Shown here piece by piece: positions 50,749 to 64,000 of a DNA stretch of 64,000 bases. Source of the DNA: Podospora anserina (lineage: Eukaryota). The DNA is taken from NCBI GenBank assembly GCA_017654855.1, contig CM030333.1, positions 3,348,001 to 3,412,000 on the forward strand, read 5' to 3'. The position numbers and the translations under genes are program-made. The notes under the pieces are model-generated. The model worked only from the letters and a program-made list of their open reading frames with translations, did no database searches and had not been told where the DNA came from. Position 1 is the stretch's first letter. Each line of letters starts with the position of its first letter.

Positions 50749-52400
50749 TTGTGTGTTTGAAGAGACCCACTGGTTTGATTCAGGTTTGGCGTCTACATGG
50801 GTGATATGGTAGACCATCCTCTCGACCACGCGGTGAAAGCAAAGGACTGGTTGATGAATATTGACATCAAACCTCTTGCAAGCTTCTTCCACGGTCATGG
50901 CAGGAGTGTATGACAATGCAATGTCCCCGAGGTCCGCTAGCAATGCAAAATGGTGCATCACAAATGAAGTCTCGTACGCGGAAGCGCCAAGTTGAAGTGG
51001 TGAATAACCTGGTTTTGGTTCGACCCGAGGAATGTCCATATAAGCTTCGAGGCAAAGATCTGTCAGATCTGGGTCTTGTTTTCCGTAATGAGCAGCGATG
51101 GCCGTGAAGTGCTCAACGTCTATCATGCATGCAACCACAAAGTCTTTGAGATAGAACTCCTTGACCTCCAGTCTGTCGTGCAGCATCTGCCGCTTCATCA
51201 GGGAGATACTTATCCGTGGTGATTCCGGGCAGTTCGCCATTCTGTATCATTCGTTTGACGCTTGGGAAACGCTGGTGGAACTCCTTGAGGAAGCTCGCTG
51301 AATGATGGTCTTTCCAGGACTTGAAGTTGGGGCTCAGAAATTTCCCGGTGGAGGTGTCATGCCGGTATCCGTCGTCATACATGAGGCAATAGGATGCAGG
51401 GACGCCAACACTGGTGAGCACCGCAATACCGCTGTCGTCCAACCTTGGGTCCATACTGTCGCAATTGAGATCTTCTACCGTGACAAACACTGTTAGTTAA
51501 GACTTGTTTGATGGGAATATTAAGGGAAAAGGCAAAAGCCTCACCAATGAACTGGTAACTTGTACCAGGTTTGTTTGATAGTTGGATTGGTGTCAAGTTG
51601 GACTTTCGGGATTCCAAAAGAAAAGAAAACAAACAGGGTCAGTTTAAATACCTCTGCAAAACCATGATGAATTAACCCTTAATTCTTGAAGAGAAAAGTC
51701 TTCATGGCACCCACCTGGGGTTGGGCGCCGTCACTTTTCGAACCATCCTGCTGCTGCAAGCTCACAAGCGCCACTGGAAAACCTAAATGTGAGTTCAAAG
51801 ATATCAACTGCATACCGGCCATGATCGGCGTGGCCACTTGCAACTAAACTCAATGTTTCCTTGAGAGCTCTTATGTACCTCGGAAAATACACAGATAAGA
51901 AAAGCTTGATCGAATGTGCTGATTCTAAGTGGATAATACTTTTGGGGGCTCTATAGAGTTCTCGTATTCTTCTTTGGGGCAGACTTTCATAATGAACTGT
52001 CAATGAACGAGAAGTTTATAGGCGGGGTTTTCAATAATTGCCCTAATTATCCTGATTTCTAAAATACACTTACACTCAACACTCTCCAAGTCCTGACATT
52101 CCACCAGCTTTCTTTCAAGTCCATCATGCTGGCGTCAATTATATCCCCGTTTTAGCCACCGACAGCTCTGCGCTTCTCCTTAGATCTACGGGACTGAATT
52201 CTGTGAGCTGTGATCTGACTCCTGCAAGCTGAGACCTCACTACTGCGAGCTGGGCCGTGACTGTGAACCAGAGCTCGTTTCCGGATAGGATAGTCTTCAC
52301 GTCAAAAAGCGATGGTTGTCAGTGATATGTTGATTCCTTTTGCATCTTCGCACCGACACACGTGAGTAAGGTAGATAGACTTACCCCCAAGGTTCAAATT
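50725..52400 (-). pseudogene. Fragmented orphan gene remnant
   Basis: Protein-like ORF pieces 50725..51240, 51113..51490 and 51731..52003 on one strand in different frames, with plausible introns (GTGAG..CTAACAG at ~51492..51544; GTAAGT donors near 52074 and 52384). No intact start-to-stop model. Confidence 0.45.
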
Positions 52401-53454
52401 GGTCACGTGCGCCGCTAGACACGAGGGCACATAAAAGTTTATCAGTGTACCCTTATCTACCATCTGACAAAGTGATATCAAGATATTTGCTCAGGATACC
52501 TGACGAATTCCCAAACCATGACAGCAATGACTGAGGTTACATGCTCTAGCTTGGCCCACAATGACACATGAGCCTGCAAACACAATCAACCTGGACAGCC
52601 CGATCCGATCTATTACCCGCCTGATGTTCCCTTCGAATTATGGCTCCTTCTTCAGACTTTAGAATCTCATTGGCAGCCAAGATCTGATGATTCTCACGGC
52701 CCGAAGCGTGCCTGGTGGAAAGCCGACACCGACACGCCATCCGGGTAAGAGGCGTCTAGTTCCCTTCCATTCATTCCATTCCCCACATTCAACATGATAT
52801 ATGTCGTTTGCTGTTTGGACTGACTGACCCAAGATCATGTGAGTCTGGGGTGGGTCAGCTACCACCGACCTGCGTTGGCACCATGACACGTTGGGCACCA
52901 AGCATGCAAACCCGAGCCGAAGCAGGTCTAGGAGCATGCAAAGGTTTTATGAGGCGGCCCCGATAGGTTGAAAGTCAGATCTGAGCTTTCTTGTCATTTG
53001 GTATGAGCCAGAGCGATCAAGATTGTTGGGTGACAGCAGCCGGTCTGGTGCCGACTGTCGAGTGGTGTGTCATGGCCCCGCTTGCAACGACAGCGCTCAT
53101 ATGGGGAGGGGCCTCTCTTCCGGCAGCCCATATGGTTGAAGTAAACAGCATCGCCACTCCGCTCGTTGGATCTTCGGATGAGGTTGGCCGCTTCGCGCTA
53201 CCCGCTAGACCGCCGTTGTTCCCCTGTGCGGCTCTTTCTGTCAGTCCACTGGTACTTAATAGGTTGACCCACAGCTATGCAGGTGTCTCTGACTTCCCTT
53301 CATTCACCTTCCCATACTCTGGGAGTCAGAACCTCCTTGTAATCAAAGTAAACCGTAAGCAACTTGTTCGTACCATGGTGTAACCCTTCTCTGATGTCCT
53401 TCAACGAACATAGGTAGCCATTACCAATGACACGGGCTGCTCACTGAACCGATA

Positions 53455-54826
53455 ATGGCTTCCAAACCAAGAGAATATAACATCCCAGCACACCCCAATC
53501 GGGATTTCTGGTCATCACTATGGCCGACATCCTCCTCTCCTCCCGCGAAAGCCACGACAGTCGAGCCAACGCCGACCTATAGCGTCCCCAAGGGTTCTCG
53601 TCGTGCAAAGACACCCGTCATACCCGAAGAGCCATCGAAATCAAAAAAATCAAAACCTACAAGGACAAAGTCAAAGTCAAAGTCAAAGAAAAACTCAACA
53701 TCAAAGGGTCCCGGGTCATGGTCGGAATGGTACCTCAGCGAGGACAACGAGTACTTTTGGCGTGCGAGAAAACTTCCAAATGGTATGTCCGCATATCACC
53801 CCCCCCTTTTCCCGTCCCAATCCACTGACGTCTAAACCCTCACGTCCAGATCAATGGGATTACGAAAAACAACCCAAACCAGAACCACCTCAACCCGAGA
53901 TCCAACCCCTCCCACATCCTCACCTGGAGCCAATAACCCAGCAAACTCAATTAAAAACATCACCAGAACCCGAAATCAAACCACTCCCTCACCCTCACCT
54001 AGAAACAATATCCCAACAAACCCAACCCACCACCACCATCACCCCCCAACCAGACCCCCAACCCCTCCCACACCCCCACATGCAACCAATATCCCAACCC
54101 AGCTCCCCCAAGATAACAATAGAAGACACAACCCCCTTATCCACTTCTTCCTCTTCATCCCCCTCCCCATCGCGAACCCCCTCTCCCCAATCCAACACCC
54201 ACCTCAAACCCCCCCTCTCCCCCGCCCTCAAATCCCACCGCTCCGGCCGATCAGCCCTCACAAACCCCAAATCCTCCTATCCCACCATCATCACAAAGTC
54301 CACAGGCCGCCCAACAGAAGCAATCACCACCTCCAACCCCAGCCCTCGAACCTCCGGCCTCGCCCTCACAAGAATAGAATCCATCTCCCCCATCCGGAAA
54401 CCTTCCCCTTTATCCAAACCCCCCAAGACAGCCTCCCAGCAACAACCAGCACCCAAACCCCCAAAAGTCGTCAACCCCCCCGCTAAAAAATCTTCGTCGC
54501 CAAAAAGGCCGATCGGGCCGGTAATGTGGCTTTTTACCGAGGGTAGGTCGAGAAAGGGGAAGTCATTAGCTTCGCCGCCGCCACCCGCGGGAGGGGGGAA
54601 GGAAGGGGTGGATGGGGGGGTGGTCATCACTAAGAACAAGGGGACTGGCGTCTCGAATAGTGAGCTGGCAAAAAAGAAAAAGATGCTGGATAGGAAGATT
54701 AGAGAGGGGAAGGTGGTGGATACAAAGGTTGATAGTAAAAAGAGGATAAGGGCTTGGTTGGGCGGGGTGGAGGGGGAGGAGGAGCTGATTCCTTTGGATG
54801 GGGAGGGGTTTCCTGTTTATCGGTAG
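53455..54826 (+). CDS. Hypothetical Pro-rich protein with a Trp-rich (WW-like) motif
   Basis: Intron 53783..53849 joins GPGSWSEWYLSEDNEYFWRARKLPN to DQWDYEKQ. Three P(E/D)xxxPLPHPHxxxIxQ repeats. C-terminal VDSKKRIRAWL. Confidence 0.7.
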
Positions 54827-55245
54827 GAAAATGGGGAGGGTGGGTTGTCTCGGGGAAAGGTGGAAAGTGGTGCTGGATAGGTACCAGGTGTCGTTCGCTT
54901 GAAAGGGTCCAAGTGGTTTCTTTTGTCTGTTTTGATGGTGGATAGCGCTGACCTGATCAGAGAAACAGGTTCAGCGGGTGGTTTTGAATCTTGTCATTCG
55001 TTTTGCTGTAGGAGTGATTTCTTTTGTTTGAGAGGTTTGGATGATACCCCCTTGTTGATGATAGTTTTGCATTCTTTGAGTATAGGCCAGGAAATGGCAC
55101 TGTTGACATACCCTAATATAACAAATCAATATTCTAAACAATAGTCGTCAGCATGACGCCAGTTTAATAATTCCCCTCTGTGAACTCCAGCGCAGCCCAC
55201 CTCCAAGTCTATACACCAATATACCTCTATCCCATCTCCCAGCAC

Positions 55246-56893
55246 CTACAACCTCTCCCCACCCGTGACCCCATTCTCCTTCATTTTATCCTCTTCCCCA
55301 ACCCCAGGCTCCATCTCCCCACCCATCCCCTTCTCCTCCCTCCTCGACTCCTCCACCTCCTCCTCACCCCTCTCCTCCCTCCTCATCTCAATCTCACTCG
55401 GATACACCCTCCTCCCCATCCCTACCACATCAACCCATTTCCACTTCGCCACCTCCACCCCCCTCCGCAGCACATCCCCCCTCTCCCTCTCCAACCTCGA
55501 CTCCCCAACCACAACCCCATTCCCCCTCAAAAACTGCACCGCAGCCCTCACATTCAAACTCAACACCGCCTCGGGCGTCTCCGACCCGAAAGCCTTTTTC
55601 GTCAACCAAGGAAACAAAACCGCAAAATCCGACTGACTCAAATGTGCAGATTTCTCTATATAAAACAAATACGGCGCCGGGTGGTCAGGCGACTCCTTCA
55701 CAACCTCCGCGGTCGGATCAGCAGACAAAACCTTCGCCGTGCGGTGCAGGTGCGTCCCCCATTTGAAAAACTGATCTGATTCCACCGCGAGAATCTTCGA
55801 CATCTTTTGCTGTTCTTGAGACACAGAATAGCACGGCAGCGGGAGACGATACAGCTTGTCGGACGCGGCCGATAAAAGAGGGAAACACCACATATCCAGC
55901 AAGACAGCCGGGTTCAAACCGTTGATTTGTGACATGATAGCCGAGCCAGGCCGCGGGGTGAATAACCTGCCGTCCTCAAAAGACTGCAGAGCAGGATGGG
56001 ACGAATAAAAGACTGATTTGAGGAACTGGACCATGGTCGAGGAACCAAACGAGTGGCCCGCAAAGATCACTTTGCCGGGGTCCAAGATGTCGAGTTTGTT
56101 GTGCAAGGCAAAGAGGGCCGAAACAGGGGTGCTGGTGTTGAGGTTGGAGGCGATGACTTTGTTGTCGTTGCGGTCGATGGCGAGGATGGCTTCAAAGATC
56201 ATATCGAGTTCCCAGAGGCGGATGCGGAGTTGGGAGTCGCGCTGGGCCCAGATCTCAGGGGTTTGGTTGTGCGGGATTCGTAGGTAGGCGAGGGGGGTGG
56301 CCTTTTTGGGCGTTTGGGGGTCGCGGATGAGGGTGAGAGCTGCGCTCTGGTCGCGATGTTCGGGGCAGATGACGACTACTCCGTGGGAGGCTAGGGAGCC
56401 GGCGAGATGGCTGTAGGCATTGCGGTTACCTCCTAGGCCGTGTGAAAATATCATGGTTGGCCATCTTGAGCTGGAATGCTCAGCTGGGGGAGACAGCAAA
56501 GGAGCATTCTTGATGGCTGGGATGGTGGTCCAGTGAAGATGTCGGGGTAGAAATCTGTTCAAGGGTTTAGTAATATTTCCAGATGCAACCTTTTAAAAGA
56601 ACTTACGAGAGAACAGAGGCAGTTTTCGAGCCGAGGCCCAGAAACTGGGCATAGGCCTCTATGTGAAGCCTTTGAGGCGCGGGAAGCCAACTGATGTATT
56701 TTCCCTGAGCCTCAGCTACCGTCGGGTAAAATATTCTGAATAGAACTGTGTGAACGTCTGCGGCACCTTCGGGTTTTTTGCCGGCTGGCAGCTTCGATAT
56801 GGGAATTTCGACATCTACAGTGCCGACCCTGTAGGCGCCGGTGTACTCGGGAAACCCGGGAACAGGGTTGAGAAGGGAAGACAAGAGCGACAT
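55246..56893 (-). CDS. Platelet-activating-factor acetylhydrolase family (alpha/beta hydrolase)
   Basis: Intron 56555..56606. FPEYTGAYRVGTVDVEIP, FRIFYP, IFSHGLGGNRNAYS, PEHRDQSA, nucleophile GHSFG, LLDMW, SAHLSQSDF. Confidence 0.9.
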
Positions 56894-57788
56894 TCTATGG
56901 TGTGTTCAGAGAATCGTTAGGTGAGAAGCGAAGAGTTGCGCCACGGCCAGCTGGCTGAAGGACTGTATTTGGCTATTGAATACCAGAAAAGTACAGAGTT
57001 AACGTCTAGAAATTCTATACCGAGCAAGAACCTAGGTAGGCAGGTGGCAGTGCAGTTGCGAGGTCTGAGGGTGTAATCGTCATGCTCAGCCGAGGCAAGG
57101 CAAGTGAGCGTTTGCCTTGCAAAGAGAGAGCCAATCAACGGAGACTAGACGTGATAAAGCAAAACACTACGAGTTTGAAGCTGTTGAGCAAGACTCACTG
57201 TGACGGTGAAACAGGAGAGAAGTTCGACATGCTAAGAATCTGATCCTCTTCAAGATTCCCATCGGTACCGTGCCCCCACACCTCCACAAGTGACGACAGT
57301 AAGCTGCGCGCCAAGAGATCTTGCATCCATTGGGAATCTTGGCAAGCTCAAGGTGGATGTCTTTCTCCCCTTGCTGAACCGCTTGGAGACGGCCACGAGG
57401 AAGCGGTGGGCGATTCGACGAGTCTGAACTCGAGAGGAACTGTACAACTCATCGCTATTACCAATAGATAGATTGCTGAAGAGGTCATGTGTGCTCTAAA
57501 GATCACTGCGGCAGGTCCCGAGGACAGCTGCCAGGCACCCGATTGTCGCCAAAGCAACGGCAGTTTATGACAGCGTACCGCTGCGATAAGATAAGGGACC
57601 AGGCACGAGGCCACCCGCCGCCGCCGCCGCCGCCCGGACATGGATCGGATAAGCCACCCGCCAGACCAACCTTAAGCTCGGCCGCAACCAGTCATCCTGT
57701 TTCCCTCCCTCAACTACTTTCACCACTTCCGCCACAAGCTCAACTTTCATTCATCCTCACCCTCCTCGATTGCGCTATCACCGTCACC

Positions 57789-59412
57789 ATGACTCGTCAC
57801 ACTCCTGCCTTCATCCGGGCCCGCGATTCCAACCTCTCCATCCGTTCCATGGCCATGGAACAGGCGATGATGGCCTCGCGCGCCTCTCCTGTCGCCAATG
57901 ATGGTCTCAACAAGGTCGACGCCAAAGAGCTTAAGCCCGAGGCCTTCACCAAACCATACTGCGAGTTCATGACCGAGAACCCCACAGTCTTCCATGCCGT
58001 CGGCTACTTCAAGGAGAAGCTCGCAAAGGCTGGTTACAAGGAGCTTTCCCATCGCGATAGCTGGATTGGCAAGCTGGAGCCTGGTGGAAAGTACTATGTT
58101 ACCCGCAATGGCAGCTCTATCATCGCCTTCGCTGTCGGCAAGGCCTACAAGCCCGGGAATGGTGCTGCGATGATTGCTGGCCACATCGACGCTCTTACCG
58201 CCCGCCTCAAGCCTACAAGCACGAAGCCAGGAAACAATGGATACGTTCAATTGGGTGTCGCGCAATATGCCGGTGCTTTGAACGAGACTTGGTGGGACAG
58301 AGACCTGAGCATTGGTGGCCGTGTCATCGTCAGAGACCCCGACACTGGCAAGACAACGGTGAAGCTCGCCAAGCTTGACTGGCCAAGTAGGTTCTTTGAT
58401 CAACACTCCATACCTCGAATATGCAAAGACTAACCAAGTGTCACCAGTTGCTCGTATCCCTACTCTCGCTCCTCACTTTGGAATCGGCATGATGGGCCAC
58501 AATAACCGCGAAACCGAAACCGTTCCAATCATTGGTCTCGACAACAGCGACGTTCGTGGTGCCTCGACCACCTCGTCTGAACCCCCTCTCGGCGGTGTTG
58601 GTTCCTTTGCCGCTACCCAGCCCCCCAAGCTTGTCAAGCTCATCGCTTCGCAAATTGGCGTCCAAGACTATAGCACAATCCTCAACTGGGAGCTCGAGCT
58701 TTACGACTCCCAGCCGGCCCAAGTCGGCGGTATGGACAAGGAATTCATTTTTGCCGGTCGCATCGACGACAAGCTCTGCTCCTGGGCCGCCTTCATGGCT
58801 CTTCTCCACGCCAAGCAGGAGGAGGAGGAGGGCATCATCAAGCTCGTCGCTCTCTTCGACGATGAGGAAATTGGCTCTCTGCTCCGCCAAGGTGCTCGTG
58901 GCAACTTCCTCCCTCTGACAGTCGAGCGCGCCGTCGAGTCCCTCGCTGCCAGAGATGGCAAGACTCCCTTTGGCCCAGGCCTCATGGGTCAAACCTTTGC
59001 CAACTCGTTCCTCGTCTCCTCCGACGTCACCCACGCCGCCCACCCCAACTTCACCCAGACCAACCTCGCAGAGCACTCGCCACGTCTCAACGTCGGCGTT
59101 GCCCTCTGCGTTGACGCCTCTGCCCACATGACCACCGACAGTGTGTCGATGGCCATTCTGGACAGAATCGCCACTCTGGCTGGCACCGTCAACCAGCGCC
59201 ACATGATCCGCAACGACAGCAGATCAGGCGGCACCGTCGGCCCAATGCTGAGCAGCGCCATGGGGTGCAAGGCTGCCGATGTCGGTATCCCACAGCTGAG
59301 CATGCACAGCATCCGCGCTACTACCGGTAGCTTGGATCCCGGCCTCGGTCTCAAGTTTTACAAGGGCTTCCTGGACAACTGGGAGAAGGTTGACAAGGAG
59401 TGGCGCCCTTAG
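57789..59412 (+). CDS. APE1: M18 aminopeptidase, vacuolar aminopeptidase I (Ape1/Lap4)-like
   Basis: Intron 58387..58447. ENPTVFHAV, TRNGSSIIAF, GHIDAL, WWDRDL, IPTLAPHF, GRIDDKLCS, FDDEEIGS, SSDVTHA, RSGGTVGP, QLSMHSIR. Confidence 0.88.
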
Positions 59413-59860
59413 ATTTTTTTTGCGATGGATATGAGTGTAATGAGAGAGGAGAACATGTACGAATGATGGTCTGATAGCGATGTTGCATCACCGATGATAA
59501 TACCCATTTCAACAATTCTAGAATGGCACATTTGGTGGCTTCCTACATGGCATGGCCATGGCACGTAGCAAAGCAGCAGAAGATGGATGGCAGTGATGAA
59601 ATAATAATAATTTTGGTATTGGAAACAATGAAACATGAAACGATGCTTGCTCCCCTTTTGTAAAGTTCTACAACGCTCCCAATGAGTGAGTTCCAGCTCC
59701 CAAGTAAGTTCAAACAGTGCAAGGAAGCCAACAACCCCGGGTACGATGCATCCATCCATCTATCCCTCCCTCTTTCATGCAACCAACCGTTTCAGACAGT
59801 GCCAAAAAAAAAACCATGAGTGTCATGCAATCCCCCTCGACGGGTATCACTCACACATAG

Positions 59861-62800
59861 CTAATCACTCTCACTCCCCGCATTAACCCCCCTGGCCCTA
59901 TTCACCAACCCCTCCGCCTCCCTAACCCTCATCCTCTCCTCCTCCACACTCCCCGTCTCGTCATCCTCATCGTCATCTTCCTCCTCCTCTTCTTCACTTT
60001 TAATCTCCTCATCATCCCCCTCATCAGGTCTCGCGCTGCCCCGTCTGGCCGTGGACGACGGCTCCGACCCCAACGGCAACCTCTTCTTCTCAAAGTCCTG
60101 CTTGTGCGCCTCCGCCATGGCCTGCAAAATCGACTTCTTCCCAATAGTATCTGTATACCGTCTCCTAAACGCCGCCGCCGGACCGCTTTCCTCCGCGGGG
60201 GTGTCACTAACTGCAATGCTCTGTGGAGTACCACCTCCAACATTGGTAGGAGTCCGATGGAGGACCTGAGATGCCGGTGTGCGAGGGGGAATAGTAGATG
60301 GTTTTCTGTGATGCTGGCCCAACGGGCGGATCTGATCTTGTTGATCAACCCCCGGAGTGGCAGGGTTGATGGCAGCTGGACCTAACAGACCAGCTGGTGG
60401 TTGTTGTTGCTGCTGGGCGGGGGGCGTTGTATCCTCCACGCTGGAAGTAGAGGTATTCAAATGATAAGGTAAGGGCGTGTCACGGGAGGCTTTGTACTGC
60501 GCTACGTTGGCGCAGTGCTCATTCTCCACACGGAGCAAGGTCCAGATACCCCTTCTGAAAACCTCCGCAAAGGCGACAAGAAACGAAACAATCGTCGAGT
60601 GCTGGCTGTCGTGGGTGAAGATGGCGTAAAAGATCCAGGAGAAGCGGAGGATAGGATCCAAGGTCATGATGATGTAGTATATGCTGACTGGACGCAAGGC
60701 GGTAATGCTCCGGAGCAGCTTTTGCCGAGCACCGGCTTGGAGGAGTGAGAAATCCATAAACAGATCCCAGATGGAGCAGTAGATCGCGTTGACCGTGCCA
60801 AAGGTGATGAAGAGACTCAAGTTGGCTTGGCTGTTTTCGATGCGGTAAAGACTCAGGAACACGGCGGTGAGGATCGTCATGGTGTATTTCCCGCAGTTGA
60901 CCAGATGAGGAAAGACATTTTTGGTGTCGTAGTAACGCCTGATGCACTGGAGGGCACGCCAGATGGGTGGCAGGGCGCCGAAGAAGCCCATGAGGCGGGA
61001 ATGAGACGAGTTGCACTGCTCTGGGTCGTACCAGGAGTTGGCGTAGAGGCAAAAGAACAGTTCGATATTCTGAACCCGAGGGTCAGTATTCCATCCAGCC
61101 GTGCACGGTTATGGTAGCAACTTACACAGGTGGCATAGGTCAACGAACACCAGATATCGCCCAGAAAGAAATCACGAAACTCGACTGGGTATAAACCTGA
61201 AAGGAGAAGCCGATACTAGGGTCAAGTCAGCTCGCCATCCAGACACAAAAAGTGAGGGGAACATACATGCGAGTACAAGAACCACCTCCTGGCCTTGTGG
61301 TGAAGAATAGGTGCCGGAAAAAACAGGATGCCCAGGGTAATGCAAATCAGAACGACCGGGTAGTACAAGTACATCTCCTCCCAGTCACCCAACCTCGAAA
61401 AGTTGAGCCACATGAAAACGCCGAGGAGCGCAAAGAAGAAGCTAGGAAACTCGGCCACCTGCTTCCAGTCCAAAAAGTTCCGTTGGTCAAACTCAAAGAT
61501 GAAGGGATAGTTGACCTTGTTTTTGGTCCACATGCGGCAGTCGAGAGTGAACAGGATGAAGAGGAAAAGCACGAGGAAATACCCTCCGTACAGCTGCATC
61601 AGATATGCAGTTTGTGTTCGGAGGTCATCATCCTCGCTGAACAAAAGCTCTGCTCCATAGATCAACCCCTGAACTGCAAAGACACCTCCGAGTCCAATTG
61701 TGATGCCGCTGCGGAACGCGCTGTCAGAGGAGTCCCCGGCGCGCTTGTTCAAGTTTCGAAGCTTTCCAGCCGCGATCTTGTGGTTTCCACGCTCAAAGTA
61801 GCGGGCATAGAGATCCTCCACAGTCCGAATATGTCCATCGAGAATGTCGCTGTTGACAAACCAGGACTTGTTCACTTTCTCATTCATGTATCGGTATGAC
61901 GGGCGGGCCTTAACCGCCTTGTCATACTTCTTGTTGAGTTTGCGAAAGGCAGTCCGGTTGAGCAGCGCGTAGGACTTGAGCAACTCCAGGCCGCGGTAGA
62001 ACTCTTGCAATGCCACTTTGAGCTTCCGCTTCGCGCTTCGGTAGGGAACGTCGTCTCCAGGTGGTCTCCGGACGTAGTCCCGCCCTTCGTCGACGTTTTG
62101 AGGGTGCATGACCGGTGTTTGTGTCATCTTCTGGAGGGCTTTCGAATTGGGCCCCGGTTTAAAAAACTTGCCCTTCAAGGGGGCGATCCAATCACGACTG
62201 CCGTCCTTGCCCTGCTGCTCACCGGCGTCGCCATCACTGGGACTCCGATTCCGGCCTGTCTCGCGCTTCTTCCTCGCTTCCGTGATCTCGGCCGTTCTCC
62301 TGTTGCGCATTTCGTGCAGCTGTGCTCGCAGTGCCATCAACCGCTCGGTCGCCTGATCCTCCTTCTCCTTGTAAAACGACTCAATCTTGGCCAGTTCGCT
62401 GTCGAGAAAGGCGAAGAAGTCACGTTCCGCAGATCGGACGGAATCTAGATTTTGCATCCCGATTTCCATCTTGTTCCCGCCAGTAAATCTGTTGGACGCA
62501 TTCCGCGTGTGTGTCGATCCGGTCGTGAAGAGCCGAGACATGCGTTGGCGAGGCGTACCATCTGCACCCAGATTGACCTTGGAGGGGTCCTGATAGCCAC
62601 TCGGAACCGTAGCTACCATGGAGGCGCTTCTGTGCAACGCGAGTCGGTTCAAGGGAGGTGAAGAAGGGGCACCGTGTTCACTGGTCCTGGATGGAACTCT
62701 CATCGCCGGCGCAGGGAGCTCAAAGTCATGCCGATAGCTCGAGCGAGATGGCACCGGACCAAAGCTGCCATACTGAACCTCACTGCCTGGGGACCTCGCC

Positions 62801-63411
62801 AGACCTGATCGCTCATCGTCCCGTGGAGTTGCTACCACCTTGACCGCCTTGGCCTTTCCTGCCTCATCCGGCTCTCCACCAAGCAGTCCATCATCGTTCA
62901 GTTTCAGGGGTGGTGGTGTGAAGTTGTGGCCGATGTTGAAGTAGATAGAGGGAGTCTTGTAGTGGTGCTGATCGGCCTCTGCGCGCCTGGCCAGCGTTGG
63001 CGTGACGGCTGCACGGTTGATGGCTCGGATGACTGCCTTGACGTGCTTCTTGCCCTGCTTGTAGTTGAGATACTTGACGCGCCATTCTGCATGGCACTCA
63101 CGGCATTAGTACAATGCCTAGTTGTTTCTACCATGTGCGATATATCTCCACAATGCGTTGTCCGTCGTGTGTTGTTTGGTCCAGGGCCGCTGGGGGTCCC
63201 GCTCCGTGACGATCACCCAGCAACGTGTGTCTCGGTCGGCATGTGCCGCGCTTCGTTGGTCCAATTGCACCTCACGCCGACCTCCCAGGAATTGAAGAAT
63301 CTTGTACATACCTGGAACAGCGTCCTGCTCAAGCTCTTTTGCGAACCTTGGCCATGCTGTCAGTACCGGGATGCCGTCGCCATTTGATCGCGGTGTTTTT
63401 CCTTACTTCAT
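59861..63411 (-). CDS. SYG1: SPX-EXS phosphate exporter Syg1/XPR1
   Basis: Exons 63407..63411 (ATGAA), 63312..63346, 61267..63086, 61126..61215, 59861..61069. SPX: MKFAKELEQDAVPEWRVKYLNYKQGKK, LLKSYALLNRTAFRKLNKKYDK. EXS: VEFRDFFLGD, WRALQCIRRY, HLVNCGKY, WDLFMD, EVFRRGIWTLLRVENEH. Confidence 0.95.
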
Positions 63412-64000
63412 GACGTCAAGCCAACCATAGCGCGCGGGTCGCGGGATCAGGATGGGGATCAACACGCAGGATTAAGAAAAAGTAGGTAGGTAAGGTAATC
63501 GGTAGGTGAGGATACCTAGGAGTGGAACGAGCGTACGGTACGGACGGGGTGGTTCCCGTTATGCGCCTAGAGATAGAGAAAGATTGGATGACATCGGGCG
63601 TTGGATCAAAGAGGGTGCAAGTTCCAAGTTTTTGGGAAGATGGAGAAGAGCTCACTCAAACCGCGCCCAAGGTTCTTTGCTAACAATCGCGTCCCTTCCC
63701 AGTTTTTCTTTCATCTTTTCCACAGCGGCCTCGGCGGTGTGCGCTTGCGGTACCTGAAGCCAAGCCTAGAGAAAACAGACCCCCGGGAGCGACGGACCCA
63801 CCGGCAGGGCTACCCTACCCACTCCTAACCACTGACATGCTCTCCTTGCCGTTCCGCGACGTCACGACATGTGTGATATAACTTGAAGTGAGGGGAAATA
63901 GGATCTGGTCGAACCCTCATCTGACCTCACAGCCGACAAGATATCGCATTCTGTCGTTTGACGATGCTCGAATTGCGGTGCCGGCTTATCCAGTTCCTGA

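Overview
Eukaryotic, intron-containing fungal DNA (GT..AG introns of ~50-60 nt with CTRAC/CTAAC branch sites). Gene style and composition suggest a Sordariales ascomycete such as Podospora, which is an inference. The window is mostly conserved housekeeping genes: Ies1, Sec39, complex I NDUFS5-type subunit, an FAD/NAD oxidoreductase, an Ulp2-type SUMO protease, Rrp9, DUF2011, proteasome beta-4, Ded1, Orc2, Gep4, tRNA-Arg(ACG), Trm61, CipC, an MscS-like channel, PAF-acetylhydrolase, aminopeptidase I and Syg1/XPR1. Two accessory-looking stretches stand out. The first (~28-35.5 kb) holds a Myb/SANT-like orphan with a hidden 21-nt periodic array in its leader, the tRNA, and an F-box-like gene with a recent internal duplication. 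The second (~48-52.5 kb) holds convergent decayed genes, one with a duplicated terminal exon module. I found no CRISPR array, rRNA or recognisable transposon, and no clearly new multi-gene system. The best leads are the 21-nt array, the duplicated terminal module, the Sec39 frameshift and a gene-wide C-rich to G-rich strand switch. All exon coordinates were read by eye, and family assignments come from remembered motifs, not searches.
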